From the NCBI GenBank assembly GCA_913061505.1, contig CAJXSO010000012.1:1480-65479 (forward strand): 64,000 nucleotides of DNA. The letters are read 5' to 3'. This stretch comes from an uncultured Lutimaribacter sp. GTDB taxonomy: Bacteria > Pseudomonadota > Alphaproteobacteria > Rhodobacterales > Rhodobacteraceae. Shown in pieces: positions 1 to 8,717 of the stretch (its first letter is position 1; each line of letters starts with the position of its first letter). Under the pieces are notes generated by a model, which saw only the letters and a list, made by a program, of their open reading frames with translations, had not been told where the DNA came from and ran no database searches. Made by a program: the position numbers and the translations under genes.

Positions 1-1004
1 CCGAATTCTCTATTCGGAAAAACCGCCTCGAGGCGCAGCGCGATCTGCAAGACAGTTTCGCCCGCCCCAGTGTGTTAAACGATCTGATCACCCCAAAAGA
101 GACGATCAACTCGATTTTTGCGGGCGAACAGCGCATTTTCGAAGGCAGCCTTGCCTCGTACAAAAGCCGCAAAGAGCAGCTAGAGCTGGCCATCGAACAG
201 GTGGAAAACGAAATCAAAGGGCTCGAGGCGCGCCTGGAAGCCAAGGAAGATGAAATTCAGCTGGTTTCCACCGAAAACGACCGCATTCAACAGCTGTCAG
301 ACCGCAATCTGACAGTGCGCAACACGGTGTTTTCCATTCACCGCGAAAACGTGCGCCTAAAAGGCGAACATGGCGAGATTCTATCCAGCCTGGGGCGCGC
401 ACGCAGCCGCATCAGCGAGCTAGAGCTGGACATTCTTTCCATGGAGGAAAAAGCCCGCACCGACGCACAAACCGAATTGCGCGAGGTAGAAACCCTGCTT
501 TCAGAACTGCGCGAGCGCCGGCTTTTGGTGGAAGACACGCTGCAGCGCACCGATATTCGCGCGCCAATTTCCGGCCAGATCAACGACTTGAATATCAACT
601 CGGTCGGCGGCGTCATCTCGCCCGCCGAAGTGCTGGCCACGATCGTGCCCGAAGACGCAAAGCTGGTGTTCAGCGCCCGCGTGCCCGCCGTTCAAATCGA
701 ACAGGTAGACACAAACCGCGAAGCGCGGTTGCGGTTCTCGGCCTTTGAACAAAACGAAACCCCCGAAATTCGGGGCACCGTCAGCTATGTTGCCGCCGCC
801 GCCACCCGCGACCAGACCACAGGCGCCGATTTCTACCAGATGAAAGTGGCCGTAGAGCCCGATCAGCTGGCCCTGCTGGGCGGGCGGGAATTGCGCCCCG
901 GCATGCCTTTGGAAATTTACATCACAACCAGCGAACGCACGGCCCTGTCGTATTTGGTCAAACCCTTCCAAGACCAGCTGGCCCGCGCCTTCCGTGAACG
1001 CTAG
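1..1004 (+). CDS. HlyD-family type I secretion periplasmic adaptor (membrane fusion protein), 5'-truncated at the window edge
   Basis: ORF 72..1004 stays open in the same frame back to nt 3. It has a long coiled-coil segment (EQLELAIEQVENEIKGLEARLEAKEDE...). The C-terminus is typical of the family: RPGMPLEIYITTSERTALSYLVKPFQDQLARAFRER. Confidence 0.85.
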   Translation, partial: EFSIRKNRLEAQRDLQDSFARPSVLNDLITPKETINSIFAGEQRIFEGSLASYKSRKEQLELAIEQVENEIKGLEARLEAKEDEIQLVSTENDRIQQLSDRNLTVRNTVFSIHRENVRLKGEHGEILSSLGRARSRISELELDILSMEEKARTDAQTELREVETLLSELRERRLLVEDTLQRTDIRAPISGQINDLNINSVGGVISPAEVLATIVPEDAKLVFSARVPAVQIEQVDTNREARLRFSAFEQNETPEIRGTVSYVAAAATRDQTTGADFYQMKVAVEPDQLALLGGRELRPGMPLEIYITTSERTALSYLVKPFQDQLARAFRER

Positions 1005-1013
1005 GAGGATAGA

Positions 1014-1436
1014 ATGAAACAGTTGTTTTTCGCCGCACTGCTATGCTGCCCAGGCGCTGCACTGAACGCGCAAAACGCCATCACTTGGGGCGCGCTGGAT
1101 GGCCACACTTTGGTGCTGAACGATATTGTCGTGGCGTTGCGCGGGGCGGAATGCCCCGCCAGCACCACCGATACCGGGCTAGAGGCCAAACGCATTGCCA
1201 ACACATTTTTGCGTGGCGGCCGGGTGGTTTGCCAAATAACGCAGGCCGAGGACGGCACCAAATTAGCCGACTGCAGCAAAAGCGGAACAATCGGTTTGAC
1301 ACTAAGCCAAGTGTTGCTCAGCCAAGATCTGTGCAAACCAATTGCAAAATCTACCTGCATCACGCCCGAATTTGACGCGCTACCCCTTTTCACCTTGCCA
1401 CCAAACGCCGGCCGGCCCGGCGAACGCAACATTTAG
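1014..1436 (+). CDS. Small secreted protein with a degenerate staphylococcal-nuclease (SNase)-like pattern
   Basis: N-terminal signal peptide MKQLFFAALLCCPGAALNAQ. The core DGHTLVLNDIVVALRGAECP...GGRVVCQ...EDGTKLADC...LSQVLLSQDLC follows the spacing of the thermonuclease pattern (DGDT..vRL.GIDAPE...v.C...DRYGR..A.C...lv..GlA). Several catalytic positions appear substituted. It starts 10 nt after the adaptor gene stop. Confidence 0.45.
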   Translation: MKQLFFAALLCCPGAALNAQNAITWGALDGHTLVLNDIVVALRGAECPASTTDTGLEAKRIANTFLRGGRVVCQITQAEDGTKLADCSKSGTIGLTLSQVLLSQDLCKPIAKSTCITPEFDALPLFTLPPNAGRPGERNI

Positions 1437-1607
1437 GGGTAAAAATAGTCGGTGCAGAGATGTCTTTTACCATACGCATACTTGGAAATTGCGCAATTCT
1501 GCAATAAACTGAAAAGGCAAAGCGCTTTGCCGCGCTTTGTTCTAAACCACCGCCGCGCGCAGCCTATGTGCCATATAAAGACCAACGTCAAAGTAAGCGA
1601 AACGCAA

Positions 1608-2006
1608 ATGCAAGCAGCCAAAGCCCAACTCCTGGTGGTGGATGACGATGAAACAAACCGCATGGTTGTGCAATTGCTTATGGAAATGCGCGGCTATGAT
1701 GTGCGCCAGGCGGCATCTGGTGCGGAATGTCTGAAAATGATTCAACAGCACACATTCGATGCCATTTTGATGGATCTTAGCATGCCGCAAATGGATGGGT
1801 TTGAAACCGTCCGCCAAATCAAGGCAACGCCCAGCTTGAATTCAGATACGGTCATCTATGCGCTGACGGCCCACACAACACTAAGCGACAATGAAAAATG
1901 CAAAGGTGCAGGGATGCGTGCGCTGATTGCAAAACCATTCGATTCAGATCGTGCCGATTATCTGGAATCGCTACTGGTGTCGCAGGCCCCCAATAGCCTG
2001 AACTGA
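1608..2006 (+). CDS. Single-domain CheY-like response regulator (receiver only)
   Basis: All receiver signatures are present: LLVVDDDETN, AILMDLSMPQMDG, VIYALTAHT, ALIAKPF. The track ORF starts at 1452; ATG 1608 (MQAAKAQLLVVDDD) or ATG 1566 is the more plausible start. Confidence 0.85.
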   Translation: MQAAKAQLLVVDDDETNRMVVQLLMEMRGYDVRQAASGAECLKMIQQHTFDAILMDLSMPQMDGFETVRQIKATPSLNSDTVIYALTAHTTLSDNEKCKGAGMRALIAKPFDSDRADYLESLLVSQAPNSLN

Positions 2007-2102
2007 TCGATTTTTTCAAAACACAGACCGACGAAAAAGGGATGTGTGCGCAGCGAATATTCATACAGTCACCCAAAAAGCAGGCAGCTGGGCACCCATC
2101 AC

Positions 2103-2576
2103 ATGAAGCGGCATTTTCAAAAAGCTGGGCTACGCAGGGCGTTACGGCTTAATGTTGGGATGCTGTTGGTTTTGGCATGTTTTCTCACGGTCTACGTGGA
2201 ATACTTTGCCGAAGACATGCGGCGCCTTTATGAGCTTTTCTACAGTGCCAACCCCGCCGAAGCCGAGAACATATTATTTTTCAGGCTCAGTATTCTTTGG
2301 GCCGCGGCCCTGCCGCTATGCCTAAGCTATATTTTCGACCGCGGCTATGTTTTGTCCTTCGCACTACTTTTGCTGGCGGCCATAACTGGCCTCGCCATCG
2401 ATTTTCATTCACGCCAATCGATAGACTGGGGCGCAGTGCCCAGTTTCGAGCGCTTTAGCATCAACTTTTTACTGTGGAAGGCAAATGTGGTTTTGGTTGC
2501 CCGGCTCATGTTCATCGGTTTTATCAGCCACGGTTTACGCACCTCTTATCGGGCGCTCAAGGCCCACGACCATTAA
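2103..2576 (+). CDS. Hypothetical integral membrane protein (about 4 predicted TM segments)
   Basis: ORF 2046..2576, with an internal ATG at 2103 (MKRHFQKAGLRR...) followed by hydrophobic stretches. No recognisable family. Low GC, like its neighbours. Confidence 0.5.
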   Translation: MKRHFQKAGLRRALRLNVGMLLVLACFLTVYVEYFAEDMRRLYELFYSANPAEAENILFFRLSILWAAALPLCLSYIFDRGYVLSFALLLLAAITGLAIDFHSRQSIDWGAVPSFERFSINFLLWKANVVLVARLMFIGFISHGLRTSYRALKAHDH

Positions 2577-2587
2577 GGAACAGGCCA

Positions 2588-4438
2588 TTAAGACGCAGTG
2601 CGGTGCACCCGTACTGGAATGGTCAAGATAGCGGTTGTGCCTTCCCCAATTTCACTTTCCAATTCAACCGTGCCCTGCAGCCGCTCGGTCAGCTGGCGCA
2701 CAATCGACAGGCCCAAACCAAGCCCATTATACGACCGCGAATACGAGCTATCGGCCTGAAAGAACGGATCAAACACGCGTTGTTTGTTTTCCTTGCTGAT
2801 GCCAATGCCCGTGTCGCGGATGGTAAAGCATAGTTCCGATTCAGGCTTGCCCGGCATTTCGCGCAGCGACACACCAAAATAAATTTCGCCCTCGTTTGTG
2901 TATTTCAGGGCGTTATTCAGCAAATTGCTTAACACTTGGCTTAGCTTGGTGCGATCGGTTTCAATGCGAACACGGCGCGGAAAATTGAATTCCTTGTTGA
3001 AAATCAAACCTTTTTCCTGCGCATACCGGCTATGAACCTCGGCCAGATCGGTGCAAAAATCTTTTAACAACACAGGTTCCAAATACAGCGGTTTATTTTC
3101 GCGCTGCTCACCAGAAAATACCAACATCTCTTCGATGATGTGGTTCATCATCTTGGCCGAGTTTGCAGCAATTCCCAAGAAGCGGGCCACGTCTTGGTCT
3201 TTGTTCTTTTCGGTGGCCACCGCCAACATACCGGAAACACCGTTCAAAGGGTTTTTCAACTCGTGCCCAACGGCGATTAGGAAATTGTCTTTAAACTTAC
3301 TTTCGCGCTCTTCGATATCCAACGCCGTGCGCAATTTTCGATCAGATCTGCGGAAATGCTCGATCAGGCGCATTAAGGCCTGGCGCAGATACTCCATCTC
3401 GTAGGAGGTATAAGGCTTGCTGACCACCGAATTATCGCTCACGCCGCCTTCATTATCGGCAATCCGCGCACTGAAATCGGCCAGTCTTTCGATTGGCCCG
3501 GAAATAGACCGTGCCAGAACAAGGCCCACCAATGTTGCCAAGATCAAAAAGATCAAAACCACCATAAACGCGCCAAAAGACGCGCGGTTCACGCCCATGA
3601 TAATCTCTTCAATAGGTTGGGGAACCATAATGCCCCAACCTGTCGATGACACAGCCGTGAAACCTGCAATCATATCTTTTTTCATGGGTGGGGAATAAAA
3701 TGTCTCCACCCCCGTTTTGCCCGCCATCATTTGCTGAACAATAGATATGCCCGAGGCATTCATGCCCCCATCTTCCACGCTTTTGATGGGATGGGCGATG
3801 GTAAATCCACGTTTGTCAAATATGGCAGAGTGGCCCAGTTCACCAAAACGGATACTGGCCTGCAATGCGCGGATGTAATCCAGCTCGAGCCGCCCGGCGG
3901 CAAAGCCACCATCTGTGGTTTTACGCACAATAACAAAAAACGCATCGGCATTATTATTAACCAAATCCGAGATCACCGTTTGCGCACCTTGACCGCCGGC
4001 TTCAATTTTCACCATCTGGTCGGCGACAACCTCGTAGGGAATATCGCGGCGGGTCGGGTTGTATTCGAATTCAATCGCGCCTTGCTGATCGAAATAGCGC
4101 ACCGCCGAAATTTTTACGGTCTCAAGCAATTCGGCATCTTCTTGCCCGCCATATGTGTCGGCGGCATGGTCGAATATTGCCACGACATCCAAAATATATC
4201 GATCCAATGACAGCGAAAGTTTTTCTGCCAGCAACAGGTGTTTTTCACGCACCAGTTCCATTTCGCGATTCAAAAATGCGGCCCTCGTCCAGGCCACAGT
4301 GGCAGCCGCCAAAATGGCCAGCGACAAAACCGTGGCGACAACAATCTGGGTCCGGATCCGCACCCGCGGTAGAATTGGGCGAAATGTAATGTCTTTCAGG
4401 CCAGGAATTTTACGCAGCAATGTCTGGGTCACAGCCAT
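2588..4438 (-). CDS. Sensor histidine kinase with a periplasmic Cache-like domain
   Basis: 616 aa. There are two TM segments flanking a domain of about 260 aa. H-box FLIAVGHELKNPLNG, N-box LSNLLNNALKYT, G-boxes IRDTGIGI and GLGLGLSIV. No receiver domain. Confidence 0.9.
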   Translation of the reverse strand: MAVTQTLLRKIPGLKDITFRPILPRVRIRTQIVVATVLSLAILAAATVAWTRAAFLNREMELVREKHLLLAEKLSLSLDRYILDVVAIFDHAADTYGGQEDAELLETVKISAVRYFDQQGAIEFEYNPTRRDIPYEVVADQMVKIEAGGQGAQTVISDLVNNNADAFFVIVRKTTDGGFAAGRLELDYIRALQASIRFGELGHSAIFDKRGFTIAHPIKSVEDGGMNASGISIVQQMMAGKTGVETFYSPPMKKDMIAGFTAVSSTGWGIMVPQPIEEIIMGVNRASFGAFMVVLIFLILATLVGLVLARSISGPIERLADFSARIADNEGGVSDNSVVSKPYTSYEMEYLRQALMRLIEHFRRSDRKLRTALDIEERESKFKDNFLIAVGHELKNPLNGVSGMLAVATEKNKDQDVARFLGIAANSAKMMNHIIEEMLVFSGEQRENKPLYLEPVLLKDFCTDLAEVHSRYAQEKGLIFNKEFNFPRRVRIETDRTKLSQVLSNLLNNALKYTNEGEIYFGVSLREMPGKPESELCFTIRDTGIGISKENKQRVFDPFFQADSSYSRSYNGLGLGLSIVRQLTERLQGTVELESEIGEGTTAILTIPVRVHRTAS

Positions 4439-4523
4439 GAAAAGGCCTCGATTTTGGGTTATTGATTATATGTTTGATAGCCGCTTATCCAGTTTTGGGT
4501 GCGGCTAGGCCAAATGGGGCTGA

Positions 4524-5165
4524 TCAGATCGAAAGGCGCTGGGCGTGCAGCACAATTTCCAGGCGGTTTGCTGCGCTGAATTTGTCTTTCAAAATGCCGA
4601 CATAGTATTTCACGGTCTTTTCGCTGATATCCAGGCACTCACCGATCTGGCGGTTTGTTTTGCCCAGTTTCAGGTGGCGCACCACTTGTGCCTCGCGCAC
4701 GGTGAGGCGTAGTTTTTCCGCCTCGGCGCGGTTGGCCTCTTTGGCGCGCATTTCTTTAAAGATTTCCATTGCGATATCGGGCTGAACAAAGTTATCGCCG
4801 GCGCGCACCTTTTTGATGGCAATGGTCAATTCATCGGCGCGGCATTCATGGGTTAAAATCGCCGCGGCGCCTGAATCTAGTGCTTTGACCGCGTTTTCAG
4901 TGGCATAGGCGGAGCAGATTGCAATAACTTTTGCGTCTTCACGCACCCGGCGCATTTTCTTCACCAAGCCTGTCGGATCTTGCTGCGCGCATAGGTCGAC
5001 AATCAATATTTCTACATCTTTATCAATGGCGGGAACGTCGCTTTGCGAGTAGCTTTCAGCGCCGGCGATTTCGATCTCACCTGCCTCTTTCAAAAACCCT
5101 TTGATACCTTCGCGAACAAAGGTTTGATTTGACAGTATAAACGCCTTTGCCATGGGTCCCTCCAT
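4524..5165 (-). CDS. LuxR/NarL-family transcription regulator with an atypical (degenerate) receiver domain
   Basis: C-terminal LuxR HTH: LTVREAQVVRHLKLGKTNRQIGECLDISEKTVKYYVGILKDKF. The N-terminal domain aligns to NarL-type receivers. The acidic pair is replaced (AFILSNQT versus ILLIDDHP) and the conserved Lys is missing (AAILTHE versus GYLLKD). The acceptor-position Asp is retained (ILIVDL). The start could be ATG 5165 or ATG 5153. Confidence 0.8.
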   Translation of the reverse strand: MEGPMAKAFILSNQTFVREGIKGFLKEAGEIEIAGAESYSQSDVPAIDKDVEILIVDLCAQQDPTGLVKKMRRVREDAKVIAICSAYATENAVKALDSGAAAILTHECRADELTIAIKKVRAGDNFVQPDIAMEIFKEMRAKEANRAEAEKLRLTVREAQVVRHLKLGKTNRQIGECLDISEKTVKYYVGILKDKFSAANRLEIVLHAQRLSI

Positions 5166-5607
5166 GTCTCAAATCAATTCATAAAACCCCCGCACTAAGA
5201 ACAAAAACCATCAATAAAGGTGCTACCTTGGGCCTGTAGGTCGCCAGTTTGGCAGGCCGCGGCAGCGCAAAATGACTTAAATCAACTTTTGAACACTTGG
5301 TCTAAGTCTCATTCGAAACATCAGGGCGCTTTGGGTTAATTTATACGCTTTCGTATAGGCATGCGCGGGCCGTAATTCCGGCCAAAAACCAATTCAAAAT
5401 ATTGATTTTATTATATTTTTATTAAAATCCGCCGCCGAGCCGCCCAAATGTGGCACTTGCGCCACTTTGACCAAAATCCCGCGTTTCATAAGACAAAGGT
5501 CTAAGCCTAACTGCCCAGCTTTTGGGCAAACAGCCTAACTTTGGCTGCAAACCCGCCCCAACCTTTGACGGGATTGATTCTTTTATCCCTGAAATCCGCT
5601 TTTGCAC

Positions 5608-6039
5608 CTAAATCGCCGCCAAGGTTATGCCGGCCACAACGCAATAGCGCCCCGCCTTTGCCAAAGTGACCAACAAGACAAAAACGCGCAGATCCTCGCC
5701 CAGCAAACCAGCGACACAGGTGATCGGATCGCCAATGATCGGCACCCACGACAACAGCAGGCTGGCCCGCCCATAGCGGCGATACAGCGCCTCGGCACGG
5801 GCCTGTTGGCGGGCCGAAACAGGAAACCAATGCGCATGGCGATAGTGGCGAAAAAACCGCCCAAGCGCCCAATTCACACAGCTTCCCAGCACATTGCCAA
5901 GGGTAGCCACCGCCACCAGTAGCGCCGCAGAATGGGCCGATTGCACCAAAAGATAGGCCAATAACGCCTCAGATTGGGCCGGCAGCAGCGTTGCGGCGAT
6001 GAAGGCTGCCAGAAATAGCCCTGTCAGCGCGCCGCCCAC
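5608..6039 (-). CDS. YqaA/DedA-related (SNARE-associated type) small membrane protein
   Basis: 143 aa. The pattern LGNVLGSCVNWALGR...RYGRASLLLSWVPIIGDPITCVAGL is typical of the YqaA family. It lies 1 nt downstream of the NicO-like gene. Confidence 0.7.
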   Translation of the reverse strand: MGGALTGLFLAAFIAATLLPAQSEALLAYLLVQSAHSAALLVAVATLGNVLGSCVNWALGRFFRHYRHAHWFPVSARQQARAEALYRRYGRASLLLSWVPIIGDPITCVAGLLGEDLRVFVLLVTLAKAGRYCVVAGITLAAI

Positions 6040-6040
6040 C

Positions 6041-6940
6041 CTAAAGCGCCCGCAGCGCCAGCTGGCCTGCCACCAACGCCACCATCAAGCCTGCGCTAAA
6101 TTCCAGCAAGCTGGCCGCGCGGCTTAGGCCTGCGCCTTGCCCGGCCAAGCCCTGCAACACCCCGGCGCGCAGCCCCACCGATGCGATGGCCACCAAGATT
6201 GTCACGCTGGCGGTGCCAACCCCCATGGCAAAGGCCCCCAGCACACCGGCCTGGGCAATGCCCATTTGCCATGTCAGCAGCAGCAAAAACACCGCCCCCG
6301 TGCAGGGCCGCAGCGCAACGGCCCCCACCAAAACCGCCATATCGCGCCAGCCCTGTGCATGGGCCATCGCATCGGGGCTGGGGCCGTGGCTGTGCCCACA
6401 GCCGCAGGGCTGGCCGCCGGTTTCGGCATGGTCTGCGGCCATTGGTTGGGCCTGGCGCCAATGATGCAGCCCGCGCAACATCAGCCACAGCCCAACCGCT
6501 GCCACCATAGCGTAGCTGGCAGGGGCCAAAACCGCCTCGGCCCATGTTTCCAGCTGGGCGCGTGCCATTTGAAACAGCAAAACCCCCGCATAAACCAGCG
6601 CCACAGCACTGCCCGCTTGCGCCAAACTGGCCGCCAGCGCCAAGCCCGACAAGCGCAGAACGGAAACCGGCCGGCCCAGGCCATAGCCCGCGATCAGCAC
6701 CTTGCCATGGCCCGGGCCTGCGGCGTGGAAAAACCCATAGGCAAAACACAGCCACATCAGCCCGGCCAGCGCCGCCGGGTCGCCCCCGCGCAGGCGCCGC
6801 AACAGCCCCGCCATGGCGTTTTGCACCTCGCGTTGGCCCTCAGCGGCCCAGCGCGCCAGCTCGTCAGCGCCCCCCAACAGCCACAGCCAGCCCGCCAGCA
6901 GCGCCAAAATTGCCAGACCTGCCACCGTTATTGCGCGCAT
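6041..6940 (-). CDS. NicO/RcnA-like nickel/cobalt (divalent metal) transporter
   Basis: Signature FFHAAGPGHGK in a TM segment. A His/Cys-rich loop follows (HHWRQAQPMAADHAETGGQPCGCGHSHGPSPDAMAH), and the second half repeats the fold. It overlaps the upstream DUF1007 gene by 13 nt. Confidence 0.8.
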   Translation of the reverse strand: MRAITVAGLAILALLAGWLWLLGGADELARWAAEGQREVQNAMAGLLRRLRGGDPAALAGLMWLCFAYGFFHAAGPGHGKVLIAGYGLGRPVSVLRLSGLALAASLAQAGSAVALVYAGVLLFQMARAQLETWAEAVLAPASYAMVAAVGLWLMLRGLHHWRQAQPMAADHAETGGQPCGCGHSHGPSPDAMAHAQGWRDMAVLVGAVALRPCTGAVFLLLLTWQMGIAQAGVLGAFAMGVGTASVTILVAIASVGLRAGVLQGLAGQGAGLSRAASLLEFSAGLMVALVAGQLALRAL

Positions 6941-7554
6941 GTCACTTCCACCTTGTCGGCAAAGGCATGGCCCACGGCGGGAAATGCGTCATCAGCCATA
7001 TCAGGGCTTTCTTGCAAGAGCTTATCCAACAGCGCATTGGCCTGGCCCAAATCTGCCGGATTGACCTGCACGCGGCAGCCATCTGGCACCTGAACCGCAG
7101 CGGCCAGCGTATATTCAGTGTAAAACGTGGGGTCATAGGCCCTGATTTCCAGCACCGTGCCGGCGGGCACCGGGGCAAAGGCGCGCCGATGCACCGAGAT
7201 GATTTGCCCGTTTTCAAACCGCGTTTCCACCGCCACGGGCGCATCCAGTTGCACCGCCTGCCCCCCATGCGCGAGGTAAAGATCGCCCTCGAAACCGGCA
7301 ATCCAGCGCAAATCAAACCCTTGCAACCGGGCCAGTTCGCCGGGGCTGAGCACCCCGTCGTAATCTTGATCCAGCCCCATATCCTCGAGCGTCATCAAGC
7401 TGGTCAGCGCGTCATAGGCCCAATGCACCTCGATCGTGGCAGCGCGCCCCTGTGCATCGGGCAATAGCACAAGCCGGGTTTGCACAAACACATGCGGATG
7501 TGCGGCCGCCTGGGTGGCCCATAAACTGATAAAAAAGGCAAAAAACGCGCGCAT
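6928..7554 (-). CDS. DUF1007-family periplasmic protein, the usual partner of NicO-like permeases
   Basis: Signal peptide MRAFFAFFISLWATQAAAHPHVF followed by the HPHVF motif typical of DUF1007. It is translationally overlapped with the NicO-like gene. Confidence 0.7.
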   Translation of the reverse strand: MRAFFAFFISLWATQAAAHPHVFVQTRLVLLPDAQGRAATIEVHWAYDALTSLMTLEDMGLDQDYDGVLSPGELARLQGFDLRWIAGFEGDLYLAHGGQAVQLDAPVAVETRFENGQIISVHRRAFAPVPAGTVLEIRAYDPTFYTEYTLAAAVQVPDGCRVQVNPADLGQANALLDKLLQESPDMADDAFPAVGHAFADKVEVTCAQ

Positions 7555-7615
7555 GGCGCAGTGATAGCCCCCGCCTGCCCGCCCTGCAATTGCCCATGCC
7601 AGCGGCGCGCAACTT

Positions 7616-8587
7616 TCAGCCGATATCAGGCGCTGCGGGGCGGCGTGCCTCGGGGTGCAGGGTGGTGCCCAAAATATGATCTGCGCGATGGATCACATGG
7701 CCCGCATGCCCCACGATCAACGGGTCTGGCGCATGCACCAAATGCCGGTCTTTTCCCGGATATTCAATCGAGGCCAGGAAATGCAGCATGCAATTCAGCC
7801 GCGCACGTTTTTTGTCGTTCGATTTCACCACCGTCCACGGGGCATCGGCGGTATCGGTATAGAAAAACATCGCTTCCTTGGCTTCGGTATAATCGTCCCA
7901 TTTATCAAGGCTGGCTTTGTCGATTGGCGAGAGTTTCCACTGCTTCAGCGGGTCAGTGGCACGCGCCTTGAAACGGCGCTGCTGTTCGTCTTGGGTGACA
8001 GAGAACCAGTATTTATAAAGCCGCACGCCCGAGCGCACCATCATCCGCTCTAGCTCGGGGGTTTGGCGCATGAATTCAAGGTATTCGTTGGGCTCGCAAA
8101 ACCCCATCACCCGCTCAACCCCGGCGCGATTGTACCAGCTGCGATCATAGAAAACCATCTCGCCCTCGGTGGGCAAATGCTGGATGTAGCGCTGATAATA
8201 CCACTGGCCTTTTTCCGTATCCGAGGGTTTGTTCAGCGCCACAACCCGCGCCAACCGCGGGTTTAAATGCTCCATAAAGCGTTTGATGGTGCCGCCCTTG
8301 CCCGCCGCATCGCGGCCCTCGAACAGCAGCACAAATTTCTGCCCGGTTTCTTGGGCCCAGATCTGAACCTTTAGCAATTCTGCCTGCAGCGCGGCTTTCT
8401 TTTTCTCGTAAACCGCGCGGGGCATCTTGGATTTATAGGGGTACTGCCCGGTTTCAAACACATGGCGCACCTCGTCGCTTGTTGGGCGGTGGCGGCGCAG
8501 TGTGCCAGCTGCAGGCTGGGTTTGGGGCGGGGAGGTAGGGCTATGGGGGGTAATATCGGGCGTAGCCGCCATCAGCTTGGTATCCAT
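7616..8587 (-). CDS. ppk2: Polyphosphate kinase 2 (single-domain PPK2)
   Basis: KKKAALQAELLKVQIWAQETGQKFVLLFEGRDAAGKGGTIKRFMEHLNPR (Walker A-like GRDAAGKGG) plus YYQRY...FDRSWYNR, which are typical of PPK2. Confidence 0.9.
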   Translation of the reverse strand: MDTKLMAATPDITPHSPTSPPQTQPAAGTLRRHRPTSDEVRHVFETGQYPYKSKMPRAVYEKKKAALQAELLKVQIWAQETGQKFVLLFEGRDAAGKGGTIKRFMEHLNPRLARVVALNKPSDTEKGQWYYQRYIQHLPTEGEMVFYDRSWYNRAGVERVMGFCEPNEYLEFMRQTPELERMMVRSGVRLYKYWFSVTQDEQQRRFKARATDPLKQWKLSPIDKASLDKWDDYTEAKEAMFFYTDTADAPWTVVKSNDKKRARLNCMLHFLASIEYPGKDRHLVHAPDPLIVGHAGHVIHRADHILGTTLHPEARRPAAPDIG

Positions 8588-8717
8588 GGGGGGTCCTTTG
8601 TTATTTCGCGCCTAGTTTACCAGCGCAGGCCGCGGCGCGCCTTGATCCCGGTCAAGCGCGAGTTTCCCTTGCAAATGGGCTGGACTGCCGCACACTGGGG
8701 CCAACAAGGGGGCATAG

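Noticed and set aside
6096-7467. Several long ORFs (6096..6755 -, 6137..7093 +, 6544..7467 +) overlapping the NicO-like and DUF1007 genes
   Set aside because: They are Arg/Pro/Gly/Ala/His-rich low-complexity translations in alternative frames or antisense to genes with clear family motifs. These are typical high-GC shadow ORFs.
7555-7615. Metal-responsive riboswitch or Zur/Fur box upstream of the DUF1007/NicO pair
   Set aside because: The gap is only 61 nt and GC-rich, with no palindrome. It is too short for a cobalamin riboswitch.
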